A DNA stretch of 63,839 bases, the filler included, from Actinomycetota bacterium (GTDB lineage: Bacteria; Actinomycetota; Acidimicrobiia; IMCC26256; VFJJ01): the NCBI GenBank assembly GCA_009886115.1. It is 4 parts of 4 records of this genome, joined end to end, with 100 filler letters (N's around TTAATTAATTAA, not from the genome) between each part and the next. Parts side by side here need not be neighbours in the genome. Positions count along the whole stretch, not along the records: positions 1 to 20,050 come from VFJJ01000182.1; 3 more parts are not named here. One strand, 5' to 3'. The position numbers were made by a program, and so were the translations under genes. The stretch's first letter is position 1, and each line of letters starts with the position of its first letter. The notes under the pieces were generated by a model. That model saw nothing but the letters and a program-made list of their open reading frames with translations, searched no databases and was not told the DNA's origin. Shown piece after piece: positions 8,826-19,485 of the stretch.

Positions 8826-11800
8826 ATGACCACGATCCCGAGCGCCCCCGCGCCTCTCGCGCACCTGCCCCAGCTGCTGCTCGACGAGCCCGCGTTGTCG
8901 GGTCTGGCCGGCTCGGCCGAGGTGATCGCCGTCTCGGAAGCGGTGCGCCCCTTCGTGATCGCCGGTGTCGCCCGCCTGTCGCGGCGCACGCCGATCGTGG
9001 TGGTGGTGCCCACCCAGAACGAGGCTGAGCGCCTCGCAGCCGATCTCCGGCAGTTCCTCGGCGCCGGCACCCGGGCGATGCCCGCTGTCGAGGCGTTCCC
9101 AGCCTGGGAGACGTTGCCGTTCGAGCGGGTCTCGCCCAACGTCGAGACGATGGGTCGACGGCTCCGGGTCATGTGGCGTTTGCGGATGGGCGGCGAGCAC
9201 CTCCCTCAGGTGCTCGTGGCGCCGGTGCGGGCCTTCGTGCAGCGGTTGGGCCCGCACGTCGAGGACATCGATCCGATCGTCGTGAGCGCGGGAACCATCG
9301 TCGACCGTGACGACCTCGTCGCCCGTCTGGCCGCGGCCGGGTACCGGCGCGAGTACCAGGTGGAGGCCCGGGGCGAGTTCGCCGTGCGGGGCTCGATCGT
9401 CGACGTGTACCCCTCGACCGCCGACCATCCGATGCGCATCGACCTCTGGGGCGACGAGGTCGAGCGGCTGCAGTCGTTCTCGGTGGCCGACCAGCGGGCC
9501 ACCGGTGATCTCGACGAGATGATGGTCTTCCCGTGCCGCGAGCTGTTGCCGACGGTCGACGTGCGCCGCCGGGCCGAAGCGCTGGTCGCCCTCGAGCCCT
9601 GGGGTCGGGCCCACTGGGAGCGCCTGGCCGAGGGGCAGCTGTTCGACGGCATGGAGTCGTGGCTGCCGTGGTTGACCTCGGCCGAGCATCTGCTCACCGA
9701 TCTGGTTTCCGCCGATGCCTTGGTCCTGTTGATCGAGCCGCGACGCATGCGCGACCGGGTGAACGACCTGCTCGCCGAGGAGGAATCGCTCGGACGGTCG
9801 CTGGCCCAGACGTGGGGGGCGGCGGCATCGGCCGACGACGCCGGGTTCCCGAAGCTGTCGTTGCCCTTCGAGCGCCTGCTGGCGCACACCGCAGCCGACA
9901 CGTGGACCGTCCTCGGCGTGCCCGACAACCCCGACACCCCGTTCATCTCGGGCACCCCGTTCGACGGCACGGCCGGCGACGCCGAGGCGTTGGCGTCGCG
10001 CCTGAACACGCTCCTGGCCGAGGGCTGGCGGATCGTCGTCGCCGCCGACGGCGAGGGATCGGCGGTGCGGCTTCGGGCCGTGCTGGCCGAAGGTGGCGCA
10101 CGTTTGGGCGCCACCGACGTCGTGGTCGCGCCGCTCGACCGGGGTTTTCTCGTGTCGTCGCTGAAGCTGGCGGTGATCGGCGAGGCCGACCTCACCGGGC
10201 GTCGCCGTGTGCACCGCAAGGCCCGAGGGGCGCGGCGAGGCCAGGACCTCTACAGCGACCTGGCCCCCGGCAACTTCGTGGTGCACGACATCCACGGCGT
10301 CGGACGTTACGAGGGCATGGTGCAACGCTCAATCGGAGGGGTCGAGCGCGACTACCTCCTGCTCGCGTACAGGGGCGGCGATCGGCTCTACGTGCCGACC
10401 GACCAGGTGGGGACGGTTCGGAAGTACACCGGCGGCGAGAGCCCGACGCTGCATCGTCTCGGCGGCACCGACTTCGCGAAGGCCCGGTCGAAGGTGCGCA
10501 AGGCCGTGGCCGAGATCGCGGCCGATCTCGTGCGGCTCTACCAGCAGCGGATGACCCTGCGGGGACACGCGTTCGGGGCCGACACGCCCTGGCAGCGGGA
10601 GATGGAGGACACGTTCCCGTTCGAGGAGACGCCCGATCAGGCGAAGGCCATCGACGACGTCAAGGCCGACATGGAATCGCCGATCCCGATGGATCGCCTG
10701 GTCTGCGGCGACGTGGGCTACGGCAAGACCGAGGTCGCGGTTCGGGCCGCGTTCAAGGCCGTGCAAGAGGGCAAGCAGGCTGCCGTGCTCGTTCCCACGA
10801 CGCTGCTCGCGAACCAGCACGGGGTCACGTTCAAGGAGCGCTTCGCCGGCTTCCCCGTGCGTGTCGAGGCGGTCTCGCGGTTCCTCTCGACGAAGGAGGT
10901 CAACGGCGTGCTGGCCGGCCTCAGAAGCGGCGAGGTCGACGTGGTCATCGGCACCCACCGGCTGCTCTCGGAGGACGTGGCGTTCAAGGACCTGGGCCTG
11001 CTCGTCGTCGACGAGGAACAGCGATTCGGCGTGTCGCACAAGGAGAAGATCAAGCAGCTCCGGGCGAACGTCGACGTGCTCACGATGACCGCCACGCCCA
11101 TCCCGCGTACGCTCGAGATGAGCCTCACCGGCATTCGCGACCTCTCGCTCGTGCAGACACCGCCCGAGGACCGCCAGCCCATCCTCACCTACGTCGGCGA
11201 CTACGACGAGCGGGCCGTGGCCGAGGCCATCCGCCGGGAGCTGTTGCGGGAGGGTCAAGTGTTCTTCGTGCACAACCGCGTCGCCGACATCGAGCACGTC
11301 GCGGCCGACATCCGCCAGCTCGTCCCCGAGGCCCGGGTGTGCGTGGCCCACGGGCAGATGGACGAGGGCTCGCTCGAACGGGTCGTGCTCGACTTCTCCG
11401 ATCGCGAGCACGACGTGCTCGTGTGCACGACGATCATCGAGAGCGGCATCGACATGCCCACGGTCAACACGCTGGTTGTCGACCGGGCCGACCTGCTCGG
11501 CCTGGCGCAGCTCTACCAGATCCGCGGTCGCGTGGGGCGCTCGGGCCAGCGGGCGTACGCGTACCTGTTCCATCCCGCCGATCGGGAGCTCACCGAGGAG
11601 GCCTACGAGCGCCTCAAGACCATCGGGGAGTTCACCGAGCTGGGGTCGGGGTTCAAGATCGCCATGCGCGACCTGGAGATCCGGGGGGCCGGGAACCTGC
11701 TCGGCGGCGCGCAGTCGGGCCACATCGCCGCCGTGGGCTTCGACCTCTATTGCCGGATGGTGAGCGAGGCGGTGGCCGAGCTCAAGGGGGAGCCCCTCCC

Positions 11801-12257
11801 GGTGGAGGCCGACGTCACGATCGACGTCCCGGTCGACGCGAACATCCCCCGTGAGTACATCACCCGTGACGATCTCCGCATGGAGGCCTACCGTCGCCTG
11901 GCCGCGGTCTCCGGCTCGGCCGATGTCGACGACATCGCCAGCGAGTGGGGCGACCGCTACGGACCGCCCCCCGAACCGGCCCGGGCGCTGCTCGAGGTGG
12001 CGAAGCTGCGGGCCCAGTGCGTGCGCCTGGGAATCAGGGAGATCGGCGTGCAGAAGGGACAGGCCCGCATCTGGCCGTTGGAGCTCAAGGAGTCGCAGAA
12101 GATCCGGCTCAAGCGGCTCGCGCCCAAGGCCATCGTGAAGGAATCGGGCGACATCATCGTGCCCACCGCGGCGGCGACGCGTTTCGGCGAGAAGCAGGAC
12201 CCCCTCCTGGTCGTGCGGGCTCTGGTGAGCCTGCTGAGCGACCTCGTGCCCACCTGA
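8826..12257 (+). CDS. mfd: Transcription-repair coupling factor
   Basis: UvrB-homology, CarD-like RID, GDVGYGKT, DEEQRFG, TATPIP, QIRGRVGR, RDLEIRGAG, TRCF C-terminus. Confidence 0.98.
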   Translation: MTTIPSAPAPLAHLPQLLLDEPALSGLAGSAEVIAVSEAVRPFVIAGVARLSRRTPIVVVVPTQNEAERLAADLRQFLGAGTRAMPAVEAFPAWETLPFERVSPNVETMGRRLRVMWRLRMGGEHLPQVLVAPVRAFVQRLGPHVEDIDPIVVSAGTIVDRDDLVARLAAAGYRREYQVEARGEFAVRGSIVDVYPSTADHPMRIDLWGDEVERLQSFSVADQRATGDLDEMMVFPCRELLPTVDVRRRAEALVALEPWGRAHWERLAEGQLFDGMESWLPWLTSAEHLLTDLVSADALVLLIEPRRMRDRVNDLLAEEESLGRSLAQTWGAAASADDAGFPKLSLPFERLLAHTAADTWTVLGVPDNPDTPFISGTPFDGTAGDAEALASRLNTLLAEGWRIVVAADGEGSAVRLRAVLAEGGARLGATDVVVAPLDRGFLVSSLKLAVIGEADLTGRRRVHRKARGARRGQDLYSDLAPGNFVVHDIHGVGRYEGMVQRSIGGVERDYLLLAYRGGDRLYVPTDQVGTVRKYTGGESPTLHRLGGTDFAKARSKVRKAVAEIAADLVRLYQQRMTLRGHAFGADTPWQREMEDTFPFEETPDQAKAIDDVKADMESPIPMDRLVCGDVGYGKTEVAVRAAFKAVQEGKQAAVLVPTTLLANQHGVTFKERFAGFPVRVEAVSRFLSTKEVNGVLAGLRSGEVDVVIGTHRLLSEDVAFKDLGLLVVDEEQRFGVSHKEKIKQLRANVDVLTMTATPIPRTLEMSLTGIRDLSLVQTPPEDRQPILTYVGDYDERAVAEAIRRELLREGQVFFVHNRVADIEHVAADIRQLVPEARVCVAHGQMDEGSLERVVLDFSDREHDVLVCTTIIESGIDMPTVNTLVVDRADLLGLAQLYQIRGRVGRSGQRAYAYLFHPADRELTEEAYERLKTIGEFTELGSGFKIAMRDLEIRGAGNLLGGAQSGHIAAVGFDLYCRMVSEAVAELKGEPLPVEADVTIDVPVDANIPREYITRDDLRMEAYRRLAAVSGSADVDDIASEWGDRYGPPPEPARALLEVAKLRAQCVRLGIREIGVQKGQARIWPLELKESQKIRLKRLAPKAIVKESGDIIVPTAAATRFGEKQDPLLVVRALVSLLSDLVPT

Positions 12258-12259
12258 GC

Positions 12260-12310
12260 CGTTCTTTGTGGCTGAGCCCACCCTCGGCGCGGTGCTGGCC
12301 ACAAAGAACG
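12260..12310. repeat. 51-bp palindromic element or bidirectional terminator
   Basis: CGTTCTTTGTGGC...GCCACAAAGAACG between convergent mfd and peptidase; same ends as 2369-2419. Confidence 0.85.
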
Positions 12311-12352
12311 GGGCGGGGGGGCGGCCGCGAGAGGCGCCTGGCGGGATGCCCG

Positions 12353-13828
12353 TCAGGGTGCGGGCTCGTCGCCGTGAACACGGTGGGCGTCGAGGACCGC
12401 AGCGACGGCGGCGGTGATGCTGACGGCCGACGGCAGGTGCAGGAACTCGTCGGGGCCGTGCTCGTTGGTCCCGGGACCGTTCACGCCCATGATCACGAAC
12501 TGGGCCTCGGGGAACATCGCTCCGAGCATTCCCATGAACGGGATCGAGCCCCCTTCGCCCGTCGATCCTGCCGGCGCGCCCCAGAACGCCTGTGACGCCT
12601 GTTCGAGCGCCTCGACCAGCCAGGGCGCGGTCTCGGGCGCCGACCACCCCGAGGCGTGCTCGATCAGCTCGTAGCCGACGTGGGCGCCGTAGGGAGGCTG
12701 GGCCTCGAGCGCCCGGGCGAGCGCGGTGGCGACGATCGTGGCGTCGACCGTCGGCGGGATGCGCAGCGAGAGCTTGACCGCGGTCGACGGCCGCAGCACG
12801 TTGCCAGCCGAGGCGATCGGCGGCGCCCCCTCGATGCCGGTGACCTCGAGCACGGGCCGCCACGTCGCGTTCAGCACCAGCTCCGCCGGATCGGCGTCGA
12901 CGGGCGTGACCCCCGGGAGGAAGGGCACCCGCGCCGCGATCGCGTCGTAGCCGAGGAGGGTGGCCAGGGCTCGGGCGGCGGCGACCCGCGACGCCGGGAT
13001 CGCCACGTGGGCCTCGTCGAGCAGGATGCGCCCGGTCTCGGCGTCCTCGATGCGCTCGAGGAGCCGCCGGAGGATGCGGAACGTCGACGGTCCGATCCCA
13101 CCGAAGCCCCCGGAGTGGATGCCCACCTCGTGGGTGCGCACGTCGAGGCGACCGTTCACCAGCCCCCGCAAGGACGCCGTGGTCCACAGACGGTCGAACG
13201 TGGGGCCGCCCGAGTCGAGCGCGACCACGAGGTCGACCCGACCCAGACGCGGGCGTAGGGCGTCGACGTACGCGGGCAGGTGCGGCGAGCCCGACTCCTC
13301 CGAGGCCTCGACCACCACGATGCAGCGGGCGTGCGATCCGCCGTGGGCGTGGATGGACTCGATGGCGGTCACCGCGGCGAGCACCGAGTACCCGTCGTCG
13401 GCGCCACCCCGGCCGTACAGGCGCATGCCCCGCCGGACGGGGTTCCACGGCGAGAGCCCCTCGGACCAGCCGGCCATCTCGGGCTGCTTGTCGAGATGGC
13501 CGTACACCAGCACCGTGGGCTCGACCCGGCCGTCGCTGTCGGCCGGACGGTGACCCCCGCCGAAGGCCGGGATCTCCAACACCAGCACGGGTGTGAGACC
13601 GGGGAGCCTCACGATCTCGACCCGGCTGCCGGCGATGGGAGCCAGCCGTGACCGGCACCAGTCGGCCAGGAGCTCGGCTGCCCGGTCGAGATGGCCCGCC
13701 GCGGCCCAGTCGGGCTCGTAGGCCGGTGACTTGGCCGGGATCAGCAGGTAGTCGCACAACACGCCGAGCGCGTCGCCCTCCCACGCCTCGATCGCCTGGG
13801 CCCGGACCGCCGTTGCATCGAGAGCCAT
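12353..13828 (-). CDS. M20/M25/M40 family metallopeptidase
   Basis: YGHLDKQP, LYGRGGADDG, EASEESGS, HSG, NEHGPDE. Confidence 0.93.
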   Translation of the reverse strand: MALDATAVRAQAIEAWEGDALGVLCDYLLIPAKSPAYEPDWAAAGHLDRAAELLADWCRSRLAPIAGSRVEIVRLPGLTPVLVLEIPAFGGGHRPADSDGRVEPTVLVYGHLDKQPEMAGWSEGLSPWNPVRRGMRLYGRGGADDGYSVLAAVTAIESIHAHGGSHARCIVVVEASEESGSPHLPAYVDALRPRLGRVDLVVALDSGGPTFDRLWTTASLRGLVNGRLDVRTHEVGIHSGGFGGIGPSTFRILRRLLERIEDAETGRILLDEAHVAIPASRVAAARALATLLGYDAIAARVPFLPGVTPVDADPAELVLNATWRPVLEVTGIEGAPPIASAGNVLRPSTAVKLSLRIPPTVDATIVATALARALEAQPPYGAHVGYELIEHASGWSAPETAPWLVEALEQASQAFWGAPAGSTGEGGSIPFMGMLGAMFPEAQFVIMGVNGPGTNEHGPDEFLHLPSAVSITAAVAAVLDAHRVHGDEPAP

Positions 13829-13868
13829 GGCGGCATTCTCTCGCGCTCGGACGCCTACGGTGCTCACC

Positions 13869-15284
13869 ATGAAGATCACCGTGGTGGGACTGGGGCCGGG
13901 CGGGGTCGATCTGCTGCTCCCGGTCGCCCGGACGGCGATCGTGGCCACGACCCACCGGTATGTGCGCACGGCCCGGCATCCGGCGGTGACCGAGCTCGCT
14001 GCCGAGGGGATCGTGTTCGAGAGCTTCGACGACGTGTACGAGCGAGCCGGCTCGTACGACGACGTGTACGCCGAGATCGTCGACCGCCTGGTGGCGGAGG
14101 CGGCCGAGCACGGCTCGGTCGTGTTCGCCGTGCCCGGGAACCCCGGGGTCGCCGAGCGCACGGTGCGGGCCCTGCGGGACCGGTCGGACGTCGAGCTGGT
14201 CGTGGTGCCGGGCCTGTCGTTCGTCGACCTCGCCTGGTCGCGCCTGGGTGTCGACCCCATGACCGACGGTGCGCTGGTCGTCGACGCCCAGGCGTTCGCG
14301 GTGCTGGCGGCGGTCCCCACGCTCGTCGGCCATCTCGTCGATCGGATGGCGCTGTCGGACGTCAAGCTCACCTTGCTGGAACGGCTCGAGCCTGAGACGC
14401 CGGTGACCGTGCTGCAGCGGTTGGGGCGTCCCGACGAGCGCGTCGCCGTGGTGGCGTTGGCCGATCTCGATCGCTCGGGCGTGGTGGAGCCCGACCATCT
14501 CACCTCGATCTACGTCGACGGCCGGACCGTCACCCGGCGCAACCCGGTCGAGGCACTGGCGCGGTTCCTGGCGCTTGTCGAGCAGCTCCGGGGCCCGGGT
14601 GGTTGCCCGTGGGATGCCGAGCAGACCCATCATTCGCTCCGCCGTCACCTCCTCGAGGAGACCTACGAGGTGCTCGAGACGATCGACGCGCTCCCGGCGG
14701 AGGCTCCCGGGGGCGACGGGCCGATCGAGCCCGCCGCGTACGACCGCCTCCGTGACGAGCTGGGCGATCTCCTGTACCAGGTGGCCTTCCACGCCACACT
14801 GGCCGCCGAGACCGGCGTGTTCGGGCTGGCCGAGGTGGCCGACGGCATCCACGACAAGCTCGTGCGTCGCCATCCGCACGTGTTCGCGACCGTGCCCGTC
14901 GAGGCCCGCGGCGCCGGGTCGAGGCCCGCCACGCTCGACGCCTTGACGAGCGACTGGGAGCGGCTCAAGCAGGCCGAACGTGTCGCACGTGACGGGCCTG
15001 AGGCGTCGTCACCGTTCGCCGACGTCCCCCGGACGTTGCCGGCGCTGGTCTACGCCGCCACGATGATCAAGCGGGCGCGGGCGCAGGGCGTGCCGATCGT
15101 GCTCCCCGAGGGCGAGCAGGCGTTGGCGACGATCAGCCACCTGGCCGGGGCGGTGGTGCACCACGGCGACGAGACCGCGCTGGGCGAGCTCCTGGCGATC
15201 GTCGTGGCCGGGGCGCGCGCCCACGATCTGGATTCGGAGGGCGCCCTGCGGGAGTGGTCCGAAATGCTCCGAACCCTCGGATGA
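13869..15284 (+). CDS. mazG: YabN-like tetrapyrrole methylase/MazG nucleotide pyrophosphohydrolase fusion
   Basis: VVGLGPG, FAVPGNP, LRGPGGCPWDAEQTH, EETYE, ELGDLL, KLVRRHPHVF. Confidence 0.92.
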   Translation: MKITVVGLGPGGVDLLLPVARTAIVATTHRYVRTARHPAVTELAAEGIVFESFDDVYERAGSYDDVYAEIVDRLVAEAAEHGSVVFAVPGNPGVAERTVRALRDRSDVELVVVPGLSFVDLAWSRLGVDPMTDGALVVDAQAFAVLAAVPTLVGHLVDRMALSDVKLTLLERLEPETPVTVLQRLGRPDERVAVVALADLDRSGVVEPDHLTSIYVDGRTVTRRNPVEALARFLALVEQLRGPGGCPWDAEQTHHSLRRHLLEETYEVLETIDALPAEAPGGDGPIEPAAYDRLRDELGDLLYQVAFHATLAAETGVFGLAEVADGIHDKLVRRHPHVFATVPVEARGAGSRPATLDALTSDWERLKQAERVARDGPEASSPFADVPRTLPALVYAATMIKRARAQGVPIVLPEGEQALATISHLAGAVVHHGDETALGELLAIVVAGARAHDLDSEGALREWSEMLRTLG

Positions 15285-15291
15285 CCTCGGC

Positions 15292-17136
15292 TCAGATGCC
15301 GGAGCCCTGGACCGGCACCTGGAGCTTGGGATCGGTGAGATGGGTCACGTAGCACACGACCTCGCGATCCTGGAGGGTGGGATCGTCCCACGTGCCCTGG
15401 TTGGGGGTGAGCCAGTTGATGACGAGCTGCGAGTCCAGGTAGTCGGCACCCACGTAGTCGGAAAAGCGGGCCTTGCACTCGGCGTCGCTCGTGGCGTTGA
15501 CCGTGGCGTCGCCGGGGTACGGGGCCCCTCGGCCCTCGGGGAAGATGTAGAGCTCGTACACCTCGCTGTCGTGCGGCGCGTCGCAGCTGCGCTCGGTCAC
15601 GACGCTGACCGAGCTGGCGTCGCCGGTCTCGGTGTCGAAGCACAGCCCCACGAACAGGTCGAAGACCGAGATCTCGTTGTCTCCGACCGGGCCCAACGTG
15701 GTGGTGGGCTCGGGCTCTGTGGTGGTGGTCTCCTCGGCCTCGGTGGTCGTGGTCTCGTCAGGTTCGGGATCGGTCCTCTCGGTCCTCTCGGTGCGCGTCC
15801 GCTCGGTTGTGGGAGGGTTGTCGGAGCCGGTTCCGCCGCCGCCCGAGAGGGCCAGGGCCGCGCCGATGCCACCCAGCGCCACCACCACGGCGACGATGAT
15901 CGCCACGAGCTTGCCCTTGCCCTTGCCCTTGCCCGTGCCCTGAGGTGGTCCGGGGATCGGCGGCTGCGGGGCAGCTCCCCAACCCTGGTTCGGGCCCACA
16001 GGCTGGGCCGGGCCACTCGTGGAGGACGGGCCGGGGTCGTAGCCGCCGGTCGGAGGCAACGACGGGGGAGCGGCCGGGTATCCCGTCGGGCTGGGCTGGT
16101 AGCCGCCGGTCGGGGGTGGCTGGTAGCCGCCCGTGGGATTGGGCTGGTAGCCGCCCGTGGGGGGTGGCGGGAGCTGCGACAGCGGGGTCTGGGAGCTCAG
16201 CGGCGTGAAGACCGACGTGGCGGTGCTGCGCGGGGCGACGGGCTCGCCGCCGATCTCGATGAGGAGCTCCGTGGGCGACAGGCCAGCGGCGATCTGGGTC
16301 TGCTGGAGGTCGCGACCGAACTCGGCTGCCGAGGTCTGCCGCTGGAGCGGGTCCTTCGAGAGCGCCCGCTCGATCACCCGACACACCGAATCGGGAACGC
16401 CGAGGGGCCGGAGGTCGGGCGAGTTCTCGACGGCGATGCGCGTGATCATGGGAACGAGCGACTCGTCGGTCTCGCGGTAGAACGGCGGGGCGCCAGCGAG
16501 GATCGTGTGCATCGTGGAGCCCAGGGCGTACAGGTCGGACGCGACCGACGGGCGGGCCCCGCTGAGGATCTCCGGAGAGGCGTGCGACATGGACGCCGTC
16601 ACCAGTCCGGTACGGGTCTCGGGTCCGCCCTGCACCCGGGCGATCCCGAAGTCGCCCAGCTTCGCCTCGCCGTACGTCGAGATGAGCACGTTCTCGGGCT
16701 TGATGTCGCGGTGCAACACCCCGGCCCGGTGGGCCGCCTCGAGCGCCGCGGCGATCTTGATCCCGATCTGGACGGCCTCCTGCCACAGGATCGGGCCTCG
16801 GGCCAGACGATCGGCCACCGATCCGCCCGACATGAAATCCATCACGATGAACGGACGACCGTCGCTCGTGAACCCGGAGTCGAACACGGTGACGATGTTG
16901 GGGTGGCCCGAGAGCGTGCCCATCGCGTGCAGCTCGCGCTCGAATCGGTCACGCGCCCGCTCGTCGAGCACGCCGGACGACACCAGCTTGACGGCGACCG
17001 TGCGGTGGAGGCTGGGCTGGCGCGCCTTGTAGACGACGCCGAAACCGCCGCGACCGATCTCCTCAGCCTCGAGGATCCCTTCGATGCCCAGATCGGCGTG
17101 CGACGCGCCGGAGCCGGATCCTGACTGGTCAGACAT
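15292..17136 (-). CDS. Hanks-type Ser/Thr kinase with Pro-rich linker, TM and extracellular septum-formation-like Cys domain
   Basis: IGRGGFGVVY, VAVK, HRDIKPEN, DFGIA, SPE; PTGGYQP repeats; TM; GLCFD..SCDAPHDSEVY..DREVVCY. Confidence 0.93.
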   Translation of the reverse strand: MSDQSGSGSGASHADLGIEGILEAEEIGRGGFGVVYKARQPSLHRTVAVKLVSSGVLDERARDRFERELHAMGTLSGHPNIVTVFDSGFTSDGRPFIVMDFMSGGSVADRLARGPILWQEAVQIGIKIAAALEAAHRAGVLHRDIKPENVLISTYGEAKLGDFGIARVQGGPETRTGLVTASMSHASPEILSGARPSVASDLYALGSTMHTILAGAPPFYRETDESLVPMITRIAVENSPDLRPLGVPDSVCRVIERALSKDPLQRQTSAAEFGRDLQQTQIAAGLSPTELLIEIGGEPVAPRSTATSVFTPLSSQTPLSQLPPPPTGGYQPNPTGGYQPPPTGGYQPSPTGYPAAPPSLPPTGGYDPGPSSTSGPAQPVGPNQGWGAAPQPPIPGPPQGTGKGKGKGKLVAIIVAVVVALGGIGAALALSGGGGTGSDNPPTTERTRTERTERTDPEPDETTTTEAEETTTTEPEPTTTLGPVGDNEISVFDLFVGLCFDTETGDASSVSVVTERSCDAPHDSEVYELYIFPEGRGAPYPGDATVNATSDAECKARFSDYVGADYLDSQLVINWLTPNQGTWDDPTLQDREVVCYVTHLTDPKLQVPVQGSGI

Positions 17137-17347
17137 GGGAGGATCGTATGCGAAGCGGGGACCCCGTCGGCTCTCTCGGCGTACGACCGCGCTTTGTGGT
17201 GTGGTCGCGCCACCCTCTCCAGATGAGGGATCATTGAGGTCCGGCCCTGGCTGGGCTACCTTGCCGCCAAGTCTGGTGGGTCTGCGAGCGGCTCGACCGG
17301 CTGCACCGGCGAATCGACCGGAAATCATCGACGAGGAGGCCGACCGC

Positions 17348-18910
17348 ATGGCTTCACTGAACCCCCCCGGAGCCCCCCCTGCCGTGAGCGGCGGCAGCGG
17401 CGAGCTCACCGACCACCTCCTGAACACCAGCATCTGGTCCGACGGTGACGTCGCGGCGGCGGGCATCCCCATCTACGACGTGCCGTTCATCACCGTCGGT
17501 GGGGGAATGGGATCGTTCGCCCTCGTCGACACGCTGAAGATCGCCGGGGTCCCCTCGAGCCAGATCCGCGTGCTGGGCCAGAACACGATCCCCTATCAGA
17601 CCTACAAGTACCTCTGCGCCAACTCACAGATCGACGAGAACACGCGCATCCGCTCCGACTCGTCGTCGGTGATGGACAACATCTGGGGCTGGCCGGGGTA
17701 CGCCGTGCGAGAGGCGTTCGGCAAGCGTCCCGAAGGCTTCTTCAAGCCGCTGTGGAGCGTGTTCAGCGAGCCGATCGTGGCCGACTACTGGACGCCCCAG
17801 GCCGGACAGGTGTTCCACTCGATCGACCGGGAGATGGTGCGCATCGGCTGGAACGAGATGCTCGTCCCCGGGTTGGTGCGGGTGATCCGGCGACGCTACG
17901 GCGGTGGCTATTTCGTGCTCCACACACCGCCGCCCGGAACGACGCCCACGCGGCGGGTGGCCTTTCGCTGCAACTACGTGCACGTGGGGGTGGGCTACCC
18001 GGGCTTGCGCTTCCTGGCCGATCTCCAGGAGTACCGGCAGAAGTACAACGACTATCGCCATGTGGTCAACGCCTACGAGCCCCACGATCACGTGTACGAG
18101 GAGCTCACCCGTCACGCCAGCGTCGTCGTGGTGCGCGGGAGCGGGATCGTCGGCTCGCGCATCGTCGAACGGCTGCTGGGCGACCGTGAGAAGCACGGCG
18201 CGCAGACCGTCATCTGGCATCTCTTCCGCAACTACGTGTCGGGGCCGACCGGTCCGCCGCGCTTTCGGCGGTACGGCGAGCACGGGTTCGCGTACCAGGG
18301 CTTCAACTTCAGTCGGGCCGGTTGGGGCGGCACGATCAAGCACCAGATCGAAAAGCTCGAGGGACCCGAGCGGATCGCGTTCATCCGCTCGATCGGGGGG
18401 ACGAACACCCCCTGGCGCAAGGAGTGGCAGGAGGGGCTGCGCAAGGGCCGCGCCGGTGGTTACTACCGCACCCACGTCGGCGAGGTCGAGGAGGTGTACC
18501 CGGGCGAGAATGGGTTGATCGTCACCCGCATCCGCTCCACCGACGGTGCGGTGCTCGAGATCCCGGCCAACTACATCATCGACGCCACCGGCCTCGAGGG
18601 CACGACCGACGACCATCGGGTGCTCGCCGATCTACTCAAGCACGGAGGCGCCGGCAAGAACCCCAATGGCCGACTCGACGTGGAGAAGAACTTCGAGCTC
18701 CGCGGCACCCGCAGCGAGACGGGCCGGATGTTCGCTTCGGGCTCGATCACCCTCGGGGGTTACTACGCCCCCGTCGACTCGTTCCTCGGGCTCCAGTACG
18801 TCGCGTTGCAGGTTGCCGATGAGCTGGCCAACCTCGGGTTCTGCAAGAAGATCGGCCCGGGCAAATCGGTCGCCGGTTGGTGGAACTGGGCCCGGAACAA
18901 GCGGATCTGA
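17348..18910 (+). CDS. Uncharacterised two-dinucleotide-binding flavoprotein (monooxygenase-like)
   Basis: TVGGGMGS, VGVGYPG, VVRGSGIVG, IDATG motifs; GAGGAGG RBS. Confidence 0.75.
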   Translation: MASLNPPGAPPAVSGGSGELTDHLLNTSIWSDGDVAAAGIPIYDVPFITVGGGMGSFALVDTLKIAGVPSSQIRVLGQNTIPYQTYKYLCANSQIDENTRIRSDSSSVMDNIWGWPGYAVREAFGKRPEGFFKPLWSVFSEPIVADYWTPQAGQVFHSIDREMVRIGWNEMLVPGLVRVIRRRYGGGYFVLHTPPPGTTPTRRVAFRCNYVHVGVGYPGLRFLADLQEYRQKYNDYRHVVNAYEPHDHVYEELTRHASVVVVRGSGIVGSRIVERLLGDREKHGAQTVIWHLFRNYVSGPTGPPRFRRYGEHGFAYQGFNFSRAGWGGTIKHQIEKLEGPERIAFIRSIGGTNTPWRKEWQEGLRKGRAGGYYRTHVGEVEEVYPGENGLIVTRIRSTDGAVLEIPANYIIDATGLEGTTDDHRVLADLLKHGGAGKNPNGRLDVEKNFELRGTRSETGRMFASGSITLGGYYAPVDSFLGLQYVALQVADELANLGFCKKIGPGKSVAGWWNWARNKRI

Positions 18911-18926
18911 TGAGGAGCTCACAGTC

Positions 18927-19370
18927 ATGACGCCCACACTCGCGGGTCGGATTCAGACCCGGATCTTCGTCACCTTGATCATCGGAGGGCTCTGGACGGC
19001 CCTGATCTCGTTCGTCCTGCCCAACACTGACGGGGCCGCGATCGGCGACGTCTACAAGATCACGTTCCGGGTGGTGGCCGCGATGCTCGTGCTCGGCCTG
19101 CTCTGGGAGCTGCTGTACCACGGGCTGATGCAGTACCGGTGGGAGAAGGACTGGCCGTCGTTCTTCGGATTCTGGACTGCGATCAACGAAGGGCTGCTGC
19201 TGTGGATCCTGATCAAGGCCGATGCCGTCCCCGACGTTCCCAAGGAGCTGCCCGGCAGCACCTTCCTCGTGCACTTCGTGACCGTCTGGATCGTGGCCTG
19301 GCTCTGGCTGCAGGGCCCAATGAAGATCGTGACCCCCCGGTGGCGCTACCGCGGTGGACGGCTGGTGTGA
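18927..19370 (+). CDS. Hypothetical membrane protein (about 4 TM, WEKDWP motif)
   Basis: RBS GAGGAG, hydrophobic helices, closely follows the flavoprotein gene. Confidence 0.8.
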   Translation: MTPTLAGRIQTRIFVTLIIGGLWTALISFVLPNTDGAAIGDVYKITFRVVAAMLVLGLLWELLYHGLMQYRWEKDWPSFFGFWTAINEGLLLWILIKADAVPDVPKELPGSTFLVHFVTVWIVAWLWLQGPMKIVTPRWRYRGGRLV

Positions 19371-19485
19371 GTTCCCGGGGGTGGCGGCGCGCCCGTCCGG
19401 GTACCCCTAGGCTAAAGGCCTCAGTTGTGGTCAAGTGTCGCGTCACCTCGCGAGCAGCCGAACGAACGTCTGGTAGGTGGGAACG

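Noticed and set aside
10329..14879. 1516-aa minus-strand ORF and similar long shadow ORFs
   Set aside because: Antisense or alternate-frame to mfd, the peptidase and mazG; expected in high-GC DNA.
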